Below are positions 58,600-64,000 of a DNA stretch of 64,000 nucleotides, one piece after another. This stretch comes from Takakia lepidozioides (Eukaryota > Plantae > Bryophyta). Below the pieces are notes generated by a model. It was not told the DNA's origin, searched no databases, and saw only the letters and a list, made by a program, of their open reading frames with translations. Made by a program: the position numbers and the translations under genes. Within the stretch, counting starts at the first letter, position 1, and each line of letters starts with the position of its first letter. The stretch is taken from the NCBI GenBank assembly GCA_030704615.1, contig CM060731.1, positions 74,586,001 through 74,650,000 on the forward strand, in the 5' to 3' direction.

Positions 58600-59124
58600 A
58601 TGGTGGTTGGAGGATTAAAGAAATTTGAAGTGAATCAAATTCCCTGTGAAACGAAGGAAGAAAGATTGTCCAAACAATTCTTTCAAAGGTTCTTGGAATT
58701 GCCAGACGGTTGTAAAGAAAATATTCTTAAGCGAGTGCATGATGCTGATCCGGAATGGGGTCTGGAGAAAGGAGTGATAAAGATTTATCAGGTGGCCTGT
58801 AGAGGAAGAGCACGTTGGTTACCAACATTGGTATATGTGATAGCATTGCTATCCATTAAGCGAGTAGAGTTTGAAGGCTGGGAGGAAAGAAAAGTGAATG
58901 TTTATACTCATATGGATGAAGAGCTTGTATCGGTAAGAAATTGGATTCCAAAGGATATTTTGTGGATCAAACTCACACCAAGAACAGCTTTTCAGACTTG
59001 TTTGCCATATGGTTATATGGTAACGGAGACTTCCAGTATAGCCAGAGGTACATTGAAGCTGGAAAGAAACCCAGGCATATATGAGAGATATTACAAGAGA
59101 GAATTTTGGTTGTTGCCACACTAA
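58600..59124 (+). CDS. Family B extra 5' ORF (ORF0), unknown function
   Basis: Open 174-codon frame between the PBS and gag, conserved with 15420-15909. Confidence 0.55.
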   Translation: MVVGGLKKFEVNQIPCETKEERLSKQFFQRFLELPDGCKENILKRVHDADPEWGLEKGVIKIYQVACRGRARWLPTLVYVIALLSIKRVEFEGWEERKVNVYTHMDEELVSVRNWIPKDILWIKLTPRTAFQTCLPYGYMVTETSSIARGTLKLERNPGIYERYYKREFWLLPH

Positions 59125-59145
59125 AAGAAATGAAAGATATGGGAC

Positions 59146-62100
59146 ATGAGTGATGAAAGAGAAGCTAGACTCCAAAGATATTCAGCAAAAAGAGAAAGTT
59201 ATCTGAAAGCTCATTATCCATACCTGTGGGAGAGAGGAATAGACATTGGGGAATCATCTGGACCTCTCACACCATTGAAATCAGGGAGTACATCACCTAT
59301 ACCAGAGGAGCTAGAGTTGGATACCACACCTTCTTTTTCTTTGCAAGAAAGATTAAGGGACTTGGCAGAGGAAGAGAGAAGATCAACCACAGGTGAAAGA
59401 TCTGAGGTACATCCCTGGATAAAAGATTTGGCAGAAATCTTTGATAAGAGTTGGCATGGAACACCAAGAGCAGGAACTCCAGTTTCGGGAGCAGAAGAGG
59501 AGGATGCAGAACCAGCGGAGAGTTCAAAATCTCCAACATTATTACAAAATAGTTACATGAGTGAAGAAGAAGAAGAAAACCAAGGAAAGAAATTGGAAGA
59601 TGAGGAATATGAAGAAGTAGACCCAGCAGCTGAGGTTGAGACTACAACCAGGACATCCCAACCCGTTGGACCTGGATCAAGTGGAGCACTTGGATCACAG
59701 GCCAATGAAGGTGTCGGCTCAGAGGGATCAGGCGAAAGACCTGGATCTGGCTCTGGGGGGACAGGGATTGTGGAAAGTAGTGCAACTGAGGCTGGGAATA
59801 CTGTGAATATAGAAAGGCCAGGAACAGGAAGGGTTCAGGGGCCAGTAATTGGTGGAAGAACCACCACAAATACTACAGGTCCACAAGGACCAGCATCAGC
59901 CAAAGGCCAACAACTGTCAGGGGGCAGAGTGTAGGGTGCAGATGGCGTTACAACCAACACGGGCTAAAACCCTTTTCCGATATATTCAGGGAAAGGGGAT
60001 CCTGATGTACACATTAGCCAATTTGAGCACATGTGTATAGTGAACAATGAGAATGGCGATGATGCCAAGATGAGACTGTTTCCGTGTTCACTTATAAAGA
60101 AAGCCAGTGAATGGTATGCAAGATTCCCTGATAATCATTTCCTAACCTGGAATGGCTTGAGTACAGCATTCCGAAAAAGGTTCAGGACCAGTAAAACTGA
60201 GGATGAAGTGTATGGGAGTTTACAGCAGCTGAAGCAGAAGAAGCATGAAAATGTTGAAGAGTATATGGAGAAAATGGAGTTGATGATGAAAAAGTTGGCT
60301 GCTATACTAGCACCAGGATTGCAGAAGGCTTGGTTTGTGAATGGACTAAGGCCAGAGTTGCAAAAGAAAGTGGATATGTTACCCCATAATACAGTGGAGG
60401 AGGCATTTGAAACTGCAAACAGAATTGAGCAATTGGGAATGCTCAGGAGAGAGAAAAGAGATGATGAGGACTCTGAGGATGAGTCAGATGAAGAAGAAGA
60501 GCAAGAACTAAAAAGGAAGAGTAAGAGAAAGGAGAAGTTGAAGAGGGATAACTATGAAAAAAGATTGGAAGAAATCTTGAAGAAGTATGCCACAGAGGTT
60601 GCAACACATTGGAGGAAGGGTGCATGGTGTGCAAAGTGCCAGAATGAAGGCCATACCACCACAGAATGCCACATGAAGGAGAAACACTATACTATCTGTA
60701 AAATGGATAACCATTCTACTGAGAATTGTTACTACAACAGAAGGACAGCTGCAAGAGAACCTAGGCAAGTAAGGGTGCATCAGGTGCAGCCCCAGCCAAG
60801 AAGAAACAATGATCAGGACCACTATGGTAGGTTTGGTGGTTATAACAATGGCATGGAAGGGAGAGGTAATTCAAGAGGAAATTACCAAAGAAATTCCAGA
60901 GCCAACTATCAGGGTAATCCAAGGGGGAATTACCAGCTCGGGAATCAGGATTACAGAAATAATCCAAGAACAGACCAAGGGCGAGGACCCAATGGTGAAG
61001 AACTATGTTACTATTGTAATCAGCCAGGACATCGCAGGGCAGCCTGTTCATTCTGGATAAGACACTAGAATGAGATGAGAGCTCCTGTGAATGAGGGCCC
61101 AGTGGTGGCAGCTCACATGGTTAGGCCATGTGTTGTACCAGAAGTAAGTACAATGATAGTAACCAAAAGCAAAGCCAAACTAATACCTCCAGTAGCTGAG
61201 GAAGATGATGATAATGAAGATGGCAGTGATAAGCCTGAAGAAGTACTGATATTCCTGTGGCAGATTCCTCTGATTCTGATGGAGAAGAAGAAGTGAGTAA
61301 GGATGAAAGGAAGAAAGAAGATGCAGACATGCAAAGTAATGAAGGACTTTGGCTGAAGTAATATGCCAGACCAAAAAGAGAGATTACCATTGGACAACTA
61401 TTGGCTGTGGCACCTTATTGTAGGCACAGGCTGTATCAAGCAATCAATCGAATTGCCCAGGAGACAGGAAACACAGACCTGAACAGCAAGGTGACCAGTT
61501 ATAATGTGAAGCCGGAAGGGCGAGAAACAGTCATGGACTTTGATGATTCTATGCCAATAATCCAATTGAGAATTGGAAGCACAGAACTAACTGATGTACT
61601 GATAGATGGAGGTTCTGGAGTAAATATCATGACAGACCAATTAAGAAAGAAGCTTGGTCCAAGTAACATGAAACCAGCCCCATTTACAGTAACAATGGCA
61701 GATCAAAGAAGTGTACAGCCATTGGGATTAATAAGAGGAGTTAAGATACAAATACAGAAGATGATATTTATGATCACAGTAACTGTGTTGAAGATGGATG
61801 AAGTCATGAAGGCTTACTCCTTATTATTAGGACGTCCGTGGCTGAAACAAGCCAAGGTGTCTCATGATTGGAATTTACAGTTATTGACTGTGCAGGATGG
61901 GTTGAACAAGATACAAATCACCACTAAGAAATCTGAAAGTACTATCTGCTACAAGAAGACCAAGAGGGGTCAGAGAGTATGATTGGAAAGCAGGACTGGA
62001 TGAGGAACAGGAAGCTACTTTGTTCTCTACACACCCAGAGTGGGAACAGGTTGCAGAGATGCGGCTGGAAAGCCTAAGTTGTTTAAGAGGTATCTGCTGT

Positions 62101-64000
62101 GGTGTAGTGACAGCAACACCAACTGAAGAGGAAACCAGCAGTTACCCATAAAATTTCTATGAAGAAAAAGAAGGAGAAATGGAAATCCTAGAGGAACCAG
62201 CCACTGTGAGCTTACAGGATGAAGTGGTGATTGGTTGGACAATCACAGCTGATGAGCAGGTAAGGGAAGTGAATGTGGGAACTAAAGAGGAACCAAGGAT
62301 GGTGAAAGTAGGAGCTGATTTGGAGCCGGAATTCTTTGAAGAAGCTAAGAGCTTGTTCATCAAATACAGAGATGTATTTGCTTGGAGCTATGAGGATCTA
62401 AAAGGGATACCACCTGAAGTCTGTCAGCATAAGATTGAACTGGAACCAGGGTCAGTACCAATCAAGCACGCGAGGTACAGAATGAATCCCAACTACGCAC
62501 AGAAGGTTGGAGAAGAGATCAAGAAGTTGGTTGAGGCTAAGTTATATACCCAATAGAGTATACAACTTGGTTGTACCCATTGTATAGTTCCCAAGAAGAA
62601 TGGTAAACTAAGAGTATGTTTGAACTACAAGAAGCTGAATGTACGAAGAAAGATCCTTTCCCTTTGCCATTCACAGAAGCAGTATTGGACACTGTGGCAG
62701 GCCATGAGATGTACTCATTCATGGATGGCTTCAGTGGTTATAATCAAGTGCAAGTGGCAGAAGAAGATCAAGGAAAGATAGCTTTCATCATAGATTGGGG
62801 TGCTTATGCATACAAAGTCATGCCCTTTGGACTTTGTAATGCACCAGCAACCTTTCAGAGAGTAATAAGTGAATCTTTTCATGAGTATCTGGATGATTTC
62901 ATGCATGGTTCTTGGATGATTTCAGTGTGTACAGCTAAGAATGAGCACTTGCATAAATTGGAGTTATGTCTGGCCAGATGCAGGATGAGAGGTCTGGGCT
63001 TGAATCCAGAGAAGTGTACTTTCTGTGTGAACTCAGGGGTGCTTCTGGGACACATTGTGTGTAAGAAGGGACTTCTTGTGGATCCCAGGAAGACAGAGTC
63101 CATTATTACAGAAGATTTGTCAAAAGGTATGCACAAATAGCAGCACCATTGAGCAAGCTTCTGAAGAAAGATGCAGTGTTTGCCTGGACAGCTGAATGTC
63201 AACAGGCGTTTACACTGTCAGTAACAACTACACCTGTGCTGATTAACCCTCACTGGCATGTAGTATTTCATGTTCACTTGCGATGCATCAGGAGAAGTGT
63301 TGGGAGCGGGTGTTAGCCCAGAATGTTACAGGAAATATAGATTCACCTGTGTACTATGCTAGCAGGTTGATGAACAGTGCTGAAAGGAACTATAGCACAA
63401 CTGAAAGAGAAGCACTGGCAATGATTTATGCAGTCAAGAAATTCAGGCATTACCTATTGGGAAGAAAGTTTATGTTTTATGTGGATCACCAGGCTCTGAT
63501 ATATCTGGTGAACAAACCTTTGATAAGTGGAAGGATAGCGAGGTGGTTAAATCTTGCATGAGTTTGAGTTCGAAGTTATTTACAAGCCTGGCCGTTTGCA
63601 TCTTGTAGCAGATCATTTGTCACGACTAACAACAGGAGAGGTGCCACATGAGTGGACGATCAGTTACCTGATGCGAGTTTATTTGTAATGGAGGTGCAAG
63701 GAAGTGCAGATGAATGGTTAGATTGGCAGTGGCCAATCAGATACTACCTTACTCATGGTCAATGCCCACCTAGTTATGGTAAGGAGCAGAGGAAGAGAAT
63801 TGCTATCAAGCTTTACCTTATACTATGGTAGGAAGCAGAATGTATAAGCTAGGACCTGATGGAGTACTAAAACAATGCTTGTACCACCATGAAGTAAATA
63901 AAGTTTTGGAGGAAGTTCATAAAGGAGTGGCTGGAGGTCATTTTGGAGAAGAGACTACCAGTAGAAAGATACTACTCGCAGGTTACTGGTGGCCTACTTT
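59146..64000 (+). pseudogene. Family B gag-pol (third copy), frameshifted with small deletions
   Basis: Same motifs as 15931-20915; deletions near 61242 and 63105. Confidence 0.92.

Larger units (their letters stand above)
57370..64000 (+). mobile_element. Ty3/gypsy family B, third copy, running off the window end
   Basis: 5' LTR at 57370-58535 (expanded simple-repeat tract), PBS at 58538, then ORF0, gag, PR, RT, RH and the start of INT, colinear with 14414-20915. Confidence 0.95.

Overview
This window is eukaryotic, most likely a non-seed land plant: it has GT-AG introns, CACTA/MULE/Ty3-gypsy elements and a decayed PLS-type PPR fragment. It is almost entirely nested transposable elements. 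The backbone looks like one CACTA element with divergent tnpA-like (minus strand, with an FCP1/NIF-type HAD phosphatase domain) and tnpD-like (plus strand) genes. Three things are inserted in it. (1) Two copies of gypsy 'family A' (4633-14413 minus, 5'-truncated; 28860-53210 plus). Its pol order is PR - DNMT3-like C5 methyltransferase - RT - RH - INT - PHD. Its termini are circularly permuted (B...PPT-A-B-A), with a candidate Tf1-type self-priming site. (2) A solo LTR, a full-length copy and a partial copy of a non-chromovirus gypsy 'family B' with extra 5' and 3' ORFs. (3) A ~13.7 kb MULE-like DNA transposon (about 34834-48517) inside the family A methyltransferase. It encodes a GCM-like/DDE/SWIM transposase and a divergent spliced ParB-like + beta-class amino-methyltransferase-fold gene. 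It also carries >30 copies of the 20-bp palindrome GAAATGCGGYRCCGCATTTC, in phased arrays and in introns. The best candidates for undescribed biology are the ParB-MTase/palindrome MULE and the permuted-LTR, DNMT3-carrying gypsy. All domain calls come from motif recognition by eye, not database searches. Most ORFs are frameshifted, and some frameshifts may be assembly errors.
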